A stretch of DNA of 63,945 nt, the filler included, from Collodictyon triciliatum (taxonomy: Eukaryota), in assembly GCA_043381765.1 (NCBI GenBank). It is 3 parts of 3 records of this genome, joined end to end, with 100 filler letters (N's around TTAATTAATTAA, not from the genome) between each part and the next. Parts side by side here need not be neighbours in the genome. Positions count along the whole stretch, not along the records: positions 1 to 21,579 come from JBHJMP010001183.1; positions 21,680 to 43,243 come from JBHJMP010001186.1; 1 more part is not named here. One strand, written 5' to 3'. A program made the translations under genes and the position numbers. The notes under the pieces are model-generated. The model saw only the letters and a program-made list of their open reading frames with translations. It was not told where the DNA came from and did not search any database. Shown piece by piece: positions 14,778 to 27,284 of the stretch; the stretch's first letter is position 1; the number at the start of each line of letters is the position of its first letter.

Positions 14778-16993
14778 CGATGGACATATCCAATCTTTCG
14801 CTTGGCTGATGGAATGATGACTGCTGTTACTGTTACTAAATTCCATGTTGGCGATACGACCAAGAACATCTAATCTGCAGTTCGTGACCTTTAGGAATTG
14901 CTCGGCTTCTTCCACAGAGAAAAATACAATGAACCCGAATCCACGTGGCTGGCCCGTCTTTTTTATGGATATTAAGATGGAAGATGAAATCAAGAAGAGA
15001 AGTAGACAGAAACATAGTAAACAAAATGCTATGAGATCACATTTATATGGAGAACATATTCTGATATGATAATACTATAAAATAATTGGAATATGACATA
15101 AAATAATACAAAAATAAAACTACCTCTTTATCCCTTATCAATCGAACTTCCTTCACAGGAGAATGTATTTTGACTGCATACATAAGCTAAATATTGAATT
15201 GTTGATTAAAATGTTGGATTTTTTTTTTTTTGCTAGAACAATTGCTCTCCAAGAAAAAAATAAAAAAATATTTAAGCGGACGATACTATGCTAAAAGCAA
15301 AACAGACATCATCTTCAGTTGCATTCATGGGTAACCCCCGTGCAACAACTACATCGGAGGGTGATATTTCGGAAGAGCTTTTTCTGCCAGACCTAAGCGA
15401 TAAAAATATAATAATCACTATCAATAATATACTCCAGCCGCTTTTAATATTTTTTTAATCAAAAAGAAGAAAGAAGAAGAAAGAAGAAGAAAGAAGAAGA
15501 AAGAAGAAGAAAGAAGAAGAAAGAAGAAGAAAGAAGAAGAAAGAAGAAGAAAGAAGAAGAAAGAAGAAGAAGAAAGAAGAAGAAGAAAGAAGAAGAAGAA
15601 AGAAGAAGAAGAAAGAAGAAGAAGAAAGAAGAAGAAGAAAGAAGAAGAAAGAAGAAGAAAGAAGAAGAAAGAAGAAGAAAGAAGAAGAAAGAAGAAAAAA
15701 GAAGAAAAAAGAAGAAAAAAGAAGAAAAAAGAAGAAAAAAGAAGAAAAAAGAAGAAAAAAGAAGAAAAAAGAAGAAAATGGAATGTGAAAGTAGCTCAGA
15801 TTGTAATTAAGCTTACTTATGGTCATCGTAGTCATCATACTCTACAGGCCCTCTACGGAAGCCGCGATCGTTCCTGCACAATCTCCAATTAAAAATATGA
15901 AGAACATATTATGACAGTGCGATACGATAAGAAAACCTGCCTATGGTGTTAATATTAAAATGGATACTTTGTGGCACGAGGAATGATATATCTTTTTGAA
16001 CACAGACGTTGAGAAGGATGGCACAGTTGACTTGAAAAGCGCCAGATTGAAATCCAACCACAACCAACAAACCTTCTCGGGGATGGAGACCGTGACCAGG
16101 ATGGCGACCTTGACCTTCTCCAGTCCCTATCGCTTCAGTTGCACCATTAAAGTCATTAAATAATGGCATTTGACGTGAAGAAGGAAGCTGATGGTAGATA
16201 ATAAACAGGGCTTTTTCTTACCTCATACACAATTTTTCCAAAAAAAAAGGTACAAAATGTGTATGCATGAATAGAGAAATGAATAGAGAAATGAATAGAG
16301 AAAATAATGGATAAAATCATGGATAAAATCATGGATAAAATGAATATATAAAATAATAGATAAAATAATAGATAAAATAATAGATAAAATAATAGATAAA
16401 ATAATAGATAAAATAATAGATAAAATAATAGATAAAATCAAAGATAAAGGAATAGAAAATGAATAGATAAAAGAATAGATATAGAAGCAGAGAAAAATCG
16501 AGCCGTCGACTATCATTTACCTTCTCTGCACATTCCGATTATATCTCGGCGAACGCGAGCGAGAACGTGAGCGGCGTCTCAAAGGCGATCGTGTCCGTGG
16601 CGAAGGAGCACGCTTCACCCCCGGAGAAGATCGAAGCCGGCGAGACTGCCGCGGAGAACGCGAACGAGAACGCGAACGAGAACGAGAACGCGAACGCGAA
16701 CGAGAACGACGATTCCAACCAGAATGTGAAAACTGGTCAGGCGGCGACCTTTGCGAGGAAGAAAACCGCTGCTGCTGATGTTGTTGCTGCTGATATTGTT
16801 GCTGCGGAAAAGGAGGAGGCGGATAGTTGATCAGCGGTTGGGCGCGGCCGGGAAGCAGCGGGGCCGAATAGTGCTTTGCAGAGTTGGACTGCGGCCGATG
16901 CGAAGGAAGGGCAGCGCGGCCGGGCGGGAAGTGCGGCGTTGGCGTTGGCGTTGGCGTTGGCGTTGGTGGGGGAGTGCGGCGTGGCTGCGACAT
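14778..16993 (-). CDS. RS-rich + RRM + RanBP2-type zinc-finger splicing factor, RBM5/RBM10/SUA-like; 3' part lost in gap
   Basis: RSRSRS tract 16520-16710. Spliced RRM reads SDVVVARGLPMNATEDD|LMYAV...VRLIRDKE|TGQPRGFGFIVF (RNP1), then KDWICPS| (start of zf-RanBP). Start taken at MSQPRR (16993) and is uncertain. Confidence 0.75.
15462..15777. repeat. (GAAGAAA/GAAGAAGAAA)n purine-rich intronic array
   Basis: Direct. Confidence 0.95.
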
Positions 16994-18269
16994 TCGGGCG
17001 GCCGATCGGCGTCTTTTCCTGCGAGGTGGAGGCGTGCTGGTTTGTTTCCAAGTGGTGGGTTGTTTGATGCGTGAGAATAGTTGGGCGAGTTGGGGAAAGA
17101 GCCTTGCAGAAAAATACAAGATAAAGAAAAAAAAAAAGATAAAAGTAAATCAATACATCAATAAATACATGTTTTCGCCTATTCTTTATCTTTTTCAGAA
17201 CTCGTAATGAAGAAGGAAGGTGTCTTCGTGGTCGGTGTTGATATCGCGTCCTGTGTGTGTTCTTGTCGATGATTTCTCACTCGAGTTGGCCTCGTGTTGT
17301 CAGTGCGTGATGGATTCGCTTCTTTGGACTCAGCCTGTGCTGTTTGGCCCTCGGGTGCTTTGGAGCGTTGCGATGGATTCTTCGCGGTCTGCTTGTGCAA
17401 GCCATGAGATTAAGTCTATGACTCTTATCTCGTCGAAGCTCCTTTGTTGTAATGTATATGTTTATCTATTTGCACTCGTCTTCCTGCTGATGGCGATGCA
17501 GGGAGTGTTTCCAGAGTCGCGTAACCATGAAACTTGCAGCACAGCATGCATCTTAGCGGGGAAAAGCACGAGCCTTCGATAGTGCGCGTGAAATTCGATT
17601 ATCAGTCAAGCACAGTTGCATATCTGTGGAGCCTCTAATAATTATGAATCATGATGATAATTATAATGATGGAATAATAGTGGTAATAATTCATTAGATA
17701 AACTTAGCAATCTCGCGTGAAGAACCAGTCTCCGCCTACAAAGCGTCGGATTTCAATATGTTTTCAGTTCACGGGACAGTCGCGTTGATTGGCTGGTTCA
17801 AAGACTACACCACGGTGAAAAAGTTGAGGGAATCGTAGTCAACCTAGTTTTTTGGAAAAAAAAAACCGCTTAACTGAAAAGCCGAGAAGCGCAGTTATGA
17901 TGAGATAAATAGCATGTCGATGGAAATACTTTTGGCCCATTATAATCCAATTGTTATGTATTAGAACGGCTGAGGAGAGTTTTATATAAGGTATATACAT
18001 ATTTTAAATAAATAATTGCGGCATTATAAAACACGGAACTTTGAAATTATGTTACATAAACCTTATCTGCAATACAAACACTTCATCTTCTACATCATTT
18101 ATGTAAAAAAAATTAAATGCAATATTACATACACCCAGTGTAAAGATTGAAATGAAACAAATAACTACATTCGGTTGCATGATCAGTAAATAATATTATA
18201 TTACTTATTTAAGAAACTATACTAAATACAATATTTTATATCGTATAATGTTCCCTTCTCCATAAGTAA

Positions 18270-18341
18270 TCCGTTATGGTGTAGTCGGTAGCACGTATGG
18301 CTCTCACCCATACAACCCGGGTTCGATTCCCGGTAACGGAA
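18270..18341 (+). tRNA. tRNA-Glu (anticodon CTC)
   Basis: Acceptor stem TCCGTTA/TAACGGA; anticodon arm TATGG-CTCTCAC-CCATA; T arm CCGGG-TTCGATT-CCCGG; TTTTT Pol III terminator just downstream. Confidence 0.96.
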
Positions 18342-18899
18342 CTTTTTGCTGTCTTGAGAACGCCGCATCACATTTTTATGCTTGCAGTTAGGGGTTCACG
18401 TGGCTTTAAGATGGTCATGAGTGCTCTCCCAAAGGACACGCCCGTACAGCGTCGCTATTTTCAATACCCTGTTTGTTCGCACTGACACGTATTACATTTG
18501 AAGGAAATACATATATATTTTTTGGCCATGTTTATTCTTGAGTGGGCTGAACCAGGTAGGGAAACAGCTTAAGGTCTGCTAATAAAACCTGTTAACATCT
18601 AAATAATTATTTGATTTATAATCAAGAAAATCACCATTAACTAACAAATGTACAAGAGTGGGGCGAAGCAAAAAAAACTGGGCATTAATATACATATTGT
18701 ATGTAATACTGCTAGATTGAGAATTGATGACATTACACTTATTAAGCTGCACCTCTGGCTCTCCACTACGCAGCCTTCTTTTTTTCGCGCACACTTTGAC
18801 GGCCCATCCTTTTTCACAGCACCCGGAAATTATGAGAAAGACTTGGGGAGTATTCATACCTCTTACCTCTCCCACCTACCCTTTTTTTTTTCTGCCGAT

Positions 18900-20902
18900 T
18901 CTTTCATAATGTTGACAGCACCTTCACAGCCACCCAGCCCACAATTTCTCAAAGGCCCAAAATTATTGGATTTATTTACCCATTCATCCATTCCTTTTTA
19001 ATAATACCCAGGAACAACAAGGATAGCTAGTAGATGTCTATGTAATCTACAGAGTAGTTGTCATCAGTCAGTTCAGCCAGCTCTCTCAAAACACCGAGAG
19101 ATTCGGTCAAGTCTTCATGTACCAGTCGTCTCAGTTTTCCAAAATGATCTACTTCAACACAGATAACTTTAGCCTCATAGTCAAAGGAATTCTTTTTTTT
19201 TTTCTATTCCCTTCCATTTTCGCGACATTCTGCAAGAATAGGGAGCACTTAGGGATATGTGCTCCACATTCCGATACAAATAGCCCAGCAGTCATTAATT
19301 CTTTCTCTTTTTACAGCAAGTTTATTTAAAGCATGAAAGAAATCTTTGTATCCTTGTATGAACTTTTTCAATTTTACAAAATTGTAGATTTCCTGACCAA
19401 TAACTCCAGTTTGATGGGTGACTATTTATCCTCGACCAAGCCCCCATCAATTTAATAGCATTCACATACAAAAGATACCGCCCATGAATACTTCAAATAT
19501 TCTCCAACCATATCTCCTTGTTGATAAATGCATTTATTCGTAGCTGCTAGTTCTTCCAAGACATGAAAAGCCTCTTTAGAGCCTCCTCGAGGTAGATGAT
19601 TCAATTTTTCAAAGCTTTCAGCTTTTATCAGTCACCCAGCCACTTTTTGCAATTTTTCGATACTTCATTCATATGAATAGCACTTGGAGGTTTTTTTTTC
19701 CATTATTCGAAATAGCACTTGGAGATAAACAGAACAAGATGCATATAATTGTTTTTTTGTCATTTTATTAATTCATTCTCTCAAATGACTTGCTTATTTT
19801 AGACATCAAAAGCATCTCTCAATCATTGCCGCACAAGCTGCTCCAAAAACTCAATTTTTCTGCCTTTCGAAACCATGTTAAAGCTTTTTGAATATAATTG
19901 TCAACACACCATCCGTTCCTTAATAATTCAGCTACATTAGATTTTACTTGCGGATGTCTGTATCTTTTATTTGTTTTGAAATTATATGGTGTAGAATATT
20001 TCCCATGATTCCAGCCATCTCAATCAATTTATCTCAAGCATTTTTGGAGCCCTTTTGTGCAAGCTACTTAATTTTTTTCGAAACCATATGCCTTATATGG
20101 AGTATTTCTTAATAAAATAATGATATTTCATCTATTTTCCGGTTACCTCTACTTTCGTGACCTTCACTAAATACAGCTCTATATTTCTTCTCACAATCCT
20201 CTAGCCATAGTCCCAACATTATGATAACTTGTTTTTTGGCTACCCATTTCTTGCAAAATATGGTGCTTCTATCAATTCCTTTATGTATCTGCCTTAATTT
20301 CCCCTCGCCTCTTGCTTTTCCAAACCATTCGATGGCTTTTTGAATGTTCTCACTTATGCCTCAATCATTTTCGTATCATGGAGCAACGATACGGTTTGCC
20401 TGAAGATAAATCATTTTCTCATTTGTTTCCACACAATAATGATCGAAAATGATTCCTTTAATTAAATCCATCTCGTTCAAAGTATCGAATGCAAGCTTTG
20501 AATCATTTTGTGCGATTATTTTCAGATATTTGGAACTATCCACGTGAGCACCTAATGATTTCATCTTCATTGATGCTATCGTATCTATTTCTGTCCCCAT
20601 CCATCTTCATAACATTCCGAATCCATTGAAAAAGATTTTGGATACTAATCATGATAATAGATCTTATGTGTCATCTTGTTCAAAACTTTGAAAGTTTCTT
20701 CGCAATTTCCTCGCGCAAAACATTTTAATATTTCAGAGATTTCGGCCTGTTCAACCCACTAATAAAAATTTTGCATGTTTTTCTCTACAACTCACACATT
20801 TTCATGGCAACCGGCAAGTATAGATAGAGTTTGAGGATCTTTGTACTTTTCACCTATTTTCTTCTCCTAACCTTCAAATACATCATGTTTAACTTCGGTC
20901 AT
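18900..20902 (-). pseudogene. Decayed, apparently intronless Sel1-like repeat protein pseudogene
   Basis: Minus-strand translation gives repeated SLR motifs broken by stops and frameshifts: ILAGCHENV*VVEKN, ECYEDG/MGTEID, YEND*GISENIQKAIEWFGKA, RNGWCVDNYIQKALTWFRKA, ILAECRENG. Boundaries approximate. Confidence 0.75.
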
Positions 20903-20943
20903 TTGACACAGGCGAGGAATGATTTATTTATCTATTATTTGTT

Positions 20944-21345
20944 TCACTTTGCGCAAGATGGTGGAGATGTTGGCTTTGGTTGATAGCCATCGTTTGCATG
21001 GACGATACTTGGTGGCCGGGTGGCGGAGAAGTAGTCGGTAATCAGGATTTGCATCCTGCGCTTTGGCCTGCAGCGTGGGTTTTGTGCCTGCATGAGAGAT
21101 ACAAGGCGAGGTTTAATGTCTTTCTCAGCCTCTTTCCACACATCTCTTCTCACAGGGTCTGAGTAGTAGAGAGCGTGCAGGTGGCGAAGGAAGCTGTTGA
21201 GGAAAAAGGTTTGTATGATGTCATCCAGCCTGTTATCAGGAATGGGTGGTTGGTTGTTGAGTCTTGCTTTGTGTGAGTATATACATGTTATCCACATAGT
21301 CCATAGCAAATGGCCTCGCGTCACTGCCCAGAAATGTTTTTGCAT
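20944..21345 (-). mobile_element. 5'-truncated non-LTR retrotransposon (L1/Tx1-like) ORF2 C-terminal fragment
   Basis: FWAVTRGHLLWTMW...YSDPVRRDVW aligns with the tail of the zf-RVT-bearing element at 62.5-63.3 kb (*AVTRGHMLWFLW...YSDRERRDV). An A-rich tract follows the stop. Confidence 0.75.
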
Positions 21346-21516
21346 AGCTATTTTTTTTCCTATCTCAGACTTTTTATTGAAACAACCAGAATGTTTAAGT
21401 GTTTAATTGAGTTAAAGATGATAAGCGATAAAATAATAATCATAATTATGCAATGAAAAATAAGTCGAGGCCGTTTTCACAACAGTGCAGCAATCGCCCA
21501 ATTAAATGGGATAACT

Positions 21517-21579
<63 letters not shown>

Positions 21580-21679
21580 NNNNNNNNNNNNNNNNNNNNN
21601 NNNNNNNNNNNNNNNNNNNNNNNTTAATTAATTAANNNNNNNNNNNNNNNNNNNNNNNNNNNNNNNNNNNNNNNNNNNN
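21580..21679. other. Artificial contig-join spacer N44-TTAATTAATTAA-N44
   Basis: Exactly 100 nt with stops in all six frames; an identical spacer is at 43244-43343. Confidence 0.95.
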
Positions 21680-21718
21680 TATTTTCTTCGATATTTGGAC
21701 CCCAGCAACACAGACAGG

Positions 21719-21814
<96 letters not shown>

Positions 21815-24377
21815 TTATAACACTGAATGTAATTTTCATACCTAAATCAATCGAATCGAATTCACACGCAAGTTGACATACAATCCCTAGAATATACGAC
21901 ATCGAAAAAGTCGACAAAGGAATGCCTGTCGACGTTTATATCGGGGGAATCGAGCATGCCAATCTCCATTTGCTATATGCAAGGTTTTTTCTATCAGATT
22001 TTTTTTCATATTCTGTTGGATGATTTCGTCATACGTAATATAAGTTTGCTTCTCTAATGCTGAATCTTTCGAGTTAATTCATTTCTTGTTCTTGTTCTTG
22101 TTCTTCTTGTTCTTGTTCTTGTTCTTTTTTTTCTTTTTTTCTTTTTTCTTGTTTCTTTTTTCTTTTTTTCTTTTTTTCTTTTTTTCTTTTTTCTTTTTTT
22201 TCTTTTTTTTCTTTTTTTTCTTTTTTTTCTTTTTTTTCTTTTTTTTCTTCATCTTCATTCTTGATATATCTCACTGCAGATTCTTTAATTATTTTTTGCA
22301 CGACATTGGATATTCACCGACAGAGGAACCATTCAAATATTTGTTGACACAGGTGAACAGTATATGGACTCGTAGATGTGGATCATTCATCTCGATATCT
22401 TCTTTTCATTAGACATTTTACATCTTGCCATTTATCATCGTCACTTCTCACCAATTTATCTTCATATATTTGTTAAAATTGATCTCGTCAACCAGGGCAT
22501 GGTCAAAGGTCGCACTTTCCGACAAAAACAAACTGGGAGATACTTAAAAAACTCGGAGGTGGAGTATTTTGAAAATGAGGGTTATGGGGTCGAAAGAGAA
22601 TCTGGAGACAAAGTGGATGTGTTTTGGGAGAAAATGTCGAAGTCCAAATATAACGGAGTTCACCCAGACGTAGGCGTGTATATATTTCATGTTCATTTAG
22701 CTTGCTACTTACATAAAACACTCATTACTTTCAGGATTGTATTGATACATACGGGGCCGATGTGACTAGATTGTATGTTCTCTTCAAAGGTATTTTCTGA
22801 TTCATGATTCTTACATAGTTTTTACTTTCTTTTTCCCTCCTCCCCTCCCCTCCCTTCTCCCCCTTTTCTTTTTTTTTTTTTTCTCTTTCCCCCCCCCCCC
22901 CCCCCCTTCCCTATTTTTTCTTTTTCGTATATGATAGAGAAATATTATAACTTCTTCGTTAGCTCCGCCAACCAACGACCTTGAATGGGATAGTCGAGCC
23001 ATACAGGGACAATCCAGATGGATAAAGAGACTAGATTCGCTTATTCGTGATTATACAAGAAGCACTCCAGGAGATTCCGTAGCCCGAAAGTATTTCTCTA
23101 TATATTTATTTCCTATGAATTTAAAATTTTATATTGTCTTTATTATCATTACTAGCGGTCTGATGCATTTATTTTTTTTTATTTGTCATTTTCATTACTA
23201 TCACTACCCTAACCCGGCATTCTTTTATTTACGAAGGAATTTAATTGTATTCCCCCCTGTAATAATCCAAATAGGACTTTCACTGACTTTGATAGTCTGC
23301 CCGAAGAGGAAAGAACGTTGGCTATCCAAATGCACCGAACAATAATTAAAGTGACTGATGAGCTCTCAAATAACTTCAGCTTTAACACAGCGGTATTACA
23401 CATGATTTACTAAATTGTATTTGTATAAAGTTTGCACACTATCTCTTAGAGACGATTATATGTTTTGAATTAGCACCTCATTCTTTTTATTTACTTCTCT
23501 GTCCTAATTTCCTTAATCATATTCTGCTTTCTTGTTCCACAGTCAACCACATATGCCTTATCAAAACAGATTTTTTTTTGGAAGATTATTTTCATAGAAC
23601 TTTTCTTTGCATACTACGTAATATATGAATTTCTAAAATAGATATCCAGTTTGATGAAGTTTAGCAATGATGTAACAGAGTTCAAGCAAAAATCATCACC
23701 AGCATACGCTGACTCTATTAAAACGTTGATTATTCTACTGGCACCTATGTCTCCGCATTTTTCTTCTGAAATGTGGCAGATTATACACTCCAAGTCTACA
23801 CCAAATGGAGTATCAGGTAAGCTAAAATAAGATGTTTTCATTCTCTTCATCCACTTCCACTTCCACCTCCACCTTACATATTTACACTGCATCGTCACCT
23901 GCAGAACTGTTTTCTTGAACGCTAAAACCCAACAAGATACACCATGAACCAAGTAAAGGGGAAGAAACATTAACTAATCCATCATGCGATGCAGATGTCC
24001 ATGACCAGCCGTGGCCTGTTGCTGACGCTCACATCGCGTCGGTCGCCGATAAGGTGACTGTCGTTGTTCAAGTGTCTGGCAAGAAGAGTGCGGTTCTCGA
24101 GATGTCTGCCAGAGACTTGGAGGATTCCGAAACACTCATCCGAACTGCCGAGAAGGTAACGCACACGAATACATTTGGGAAAAGATAAAGAATGTGTTGT
24201 CTGCAATCCCATATCATCGCAATGTACCGAAAAGTATTCTGGCGCCGGCTGGACTGAAAGAAAATCTCCTCGAATATATCACAGGCCGCGGAAAGGCAGA
24301 TAAAAGGCCATCCCATCAAGAAGGTCGTCACCGCAAACGGTGGTCGTCTCATCAACTTCGTCGTTCAAAAGCAATAA
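21680..24377 (+). CDS. LARS2: Mitochondrial/bacterial-type leucyl-tRNA synthetase, C-terminal half
   Basis: YFLRYLDP|...[23 protein letters not shown]...[13 protein letters not shown]...[11 protein letters not shown] (KMSKS at ~22630)...[15 protein letters not shown]...VVVQVSGK...LINFVVQKQ*. The N-terminal half is missing at the join. Confidence 0.93.
21720..21814. repeat. (TAA)n intronic microsatellite
   Basis: Direct; similar arrays at 38684-38757 and 55929-56026. Confidence 0.95.
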
Positions 24378-24585
24378 ACTGACCCACTCAATTCAAAAAC
24401 AAAAAAAGCAAAAAAAAAGCAAAAACAAAAAAAGCAAAAACAAAAGCAAAAACAAAAAAAGCAAAAACAAAAAAAGCAAAAACAAAAAAAGCAAAAACAA
24501 AAAAAACAAAAACAAAAACAAAAACAAAAACAAACACAAAAATGAATATATTTTTATTTTCTGAAGAAGGGCTGCAGGAGCACCG

Positions 24586-27039
24586 ATGATGCTAGCTCGG
24601 TGTATGTGGAGGTCGAATCGTACGATAGTAACCCGGCATCTGCAGACAGCAAAGCGGACTCTTTTCGCCCAGGGAAATGGTCTGCCTGGCCTCCCCCGTT
24701 GATTTACAACCATCCCTTCACTGCTTCGACCATACAGAAGTGAAGCGAATCTTTGACGACCTGTCTTTACCTTTGTCTAGCTTTCCTCTTTTTCTTTCTT
24801 GTCATCATTTTTTTTTTATTTATATTTACTACACACCATTGATCGCATGCTCTTGCAGAACACAATGAGACCGAATCCGCGGAGCAGGGAGACTCCGCCG
24901 CAAAGTCCTTCGACTCTGTTGAAATGATGGACATCAATATCCTCACAGCGCAACCCGCAAAGTTTACTGCAGAGGTTGACGGGGCCGATTTGCCAGCCTC
25001 GAAAAGCATCTTTGAAACACATCAACATCCACCACTGAATCAAAAACGCATCGCTAGACTTCTCACAAACTCCCCACAATACACAGTGGATTACAACGCC
25101 ATCATTCGCTATTACGACCACCTTAATATGTAAGTCCCTCCTCTTTATAAAGTCTGGTTTGATTGTGTTCGATACATTAATATCTGCTTTTCTCAATATA
25201 TATTATTTTGAACACGAATTAAACTATTTGTTTGAAGGATTCGCTACGCCAATGAGATATTTGAAGATATGGTTGACGATGGACACCAACCAAATCGACT
25301 AACATACAAGTTTATGGTTCTTTCAAATATCAAACATAACAAATATCTCGAGGTTATGCATTATTATAAGCAATCTGTGAAGACACTTCAGTCGCTCGAC
25401 ATTATCTCTCACAATGCAGTCATGACTGCTTGTTGTGAAACCTTAACATTCCGAGATGCGTATCCGAAAAAAACAAAAAACAAAAAACAAAAAACAAAAA
25501 ACAAAAAACAAAAAACAAAAAACAAAAAACAAAAAACAAAAAACAAAAAACAAAAAACAAAAAACAAACAAAGAAACAAAAAACAAAAAACAAACAAAGA
25601 AACAAAAAATTGTATAACATGATTACTTTTCTTCTTTTCATTTTTAATTTCTTGATAAATTAAATGGTTCGATACTTTAACTCTCCTCCAATCGAAAAAG
25701 GCTCTCAATATACGGTGATATGAACAAACTAGAGCTCAAGCCTAATTCAAGGTCTTACGCTATTCTTCTTCGGGCATGCTTTCATGGGCAACGTCCTGAT
25801 ATTGCTGTCAAGCTGGTTGAGAAGATGAAAGCTGAAGGCATAGAACAAAACTCTTTCACGTTAGCGCCGTTGCTTCAAACTTTGTCGTCCTCGAGCCTTA
25901 CTATGGATGATGCTCTTGCAATATTCCATGCGCATTCGGAAAAACTAGTCTCATTCCCATCGGCTGTAATCTCAATTATGGAGGGCTTGGTTGCATCCGG
26001 CAGGACCGCAGATCTCCTGCGTTTCCGAGAGAAATATAAACCCCCTTCCAACACCTACTTCTGCATATTCAAGTTGTACAACGGAGACAAACCGATGAAA
26101 ATCATGGAATTGTGGAACGATTATTTGACACATGCCAAAATCCAAAGACCTTCTATCCAAAACTTACGTGCGACTCTGAATGCTGCGATTTGTGGATTGG
26201 AATTAAACACATGTCCTTTTAACCTTGAAAATTCGCTTCAAATATTGGTTCTCTTCATTTATTTGTACCAGCCACTAATTTTAATTGCATCATAATTTAC
26301 CTTATTTTCACTGTATTAATTGTTTAACGTCATATACTAGCACATAGTACATTTATATTTTGAGAACTGCCTGTTAATTCCGTTTGTTCGGCAGGAATCG
26401 GTCTTTGGGCTCTACACTATAAACAAAGAGATCGATTTACTTGACAACAAAAACATAGCAAATATCCTCACAGCCACTACATCGAAGGGTAAACATCAAT
26501 TACGTCTTGTGTTTATCCTTCTTAAAGTAGTTACCCAATTTATGACAATCACTAAAGCTTCGCAATGCAGTGTCTTTGCGACTTATTTTTTTTTCCTTAA
26601 CCGACTTTGGAACATGTAAGTGTCAAATCATGACCAGAATATTCATTTTCGTGCAAAGGTAACGCAGAGCAAGCCAGAAGAGCGTGGAAGGCAGTCTTGC
26701 TGACTGCAAGCAAAATAAACCCTGGAGTCCTGACAAAGCTGCTAAACCATGTAAAAATTCTTGGGAGCGAAGACCTGGTCTTGGAGATAGTTGCATATAG
26801 AGACTCACTCAATGCGCATACGGCCGGTGATAACAAACCAACAAAGTCGGCACGCGATGTAAGAGTATTTTAGATTTAAAAGACAAATGAGCCATCAGAA
26901 TTAACTACCCTTTCTCTATCGCCAGTTGCGAGTAAATGAGGAAGTTATCTTATTGTGCATCAATCTCATTTTACGCCCCCCATAAAAATTTATCTAGAAG
27001 AAAAAAAAGTACAGGCCGCCCCAGAGCACCCAGCCTTAG
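24586..27039 (+). CDS. Pentatricopeptide-repeat protein with a putative mitochondrial presequence
   Basis: N-terminus MMLARCMWRSNRTIVTRHLQTAKRTLF is Arg-rich with no acidic residues. PPR motifs: DYNAIIRYY, MVDDGHQPNRLTYKFMV, DIISHNAVMTAC, LKPNSRSYAILLRAC...MKAEGIEQNSFT. Stop at 26873, or 27039 if a last intron is spliced. Confidence 0.82.
25466..25608. repeat. (AAAAAAC)n intronic array; related array at 24395-24540
   Basis: Direct. Confidence 0.9.
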
Positions 27040-27284
27040 CATTAAACAAAATAAACACCCGGAGCTCCTTTTGTCTTTACTTGCCATGGAAAGTCGTAAA
27101 AGATAAAAGAAAAATCAGACTGTTTCACATTGGACTCATAGATTTTAAAAGTTTTGGATTTCGCTATAATTTGACTAGGCGTAGAAGTGTTTTTTTTTTT
27201 TTCACCCTTCTATTTAAGAGATGAATATCGATTTTTTTTTTAATTTGTTTCATTTTGGGACAGCTGCGTTTCTGTGTTGGGGGC

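Noticed and set aside
18900-20902. In-frame TAG/TGA suggesting a variant genetic code
   Set aside because: They come with frameshifts, and intact genes use TAA, TAG and TGA as normal stops with no internal stops in long exons.
21580-21679. Palindromic TTAATTAATTAA between N runs (also 43244-43343)
   Set aside because: Artificial 100-nt scaffold linker with six-frame stops. Adjacency across it, including the truncated LeuRS, is not biological evidence.
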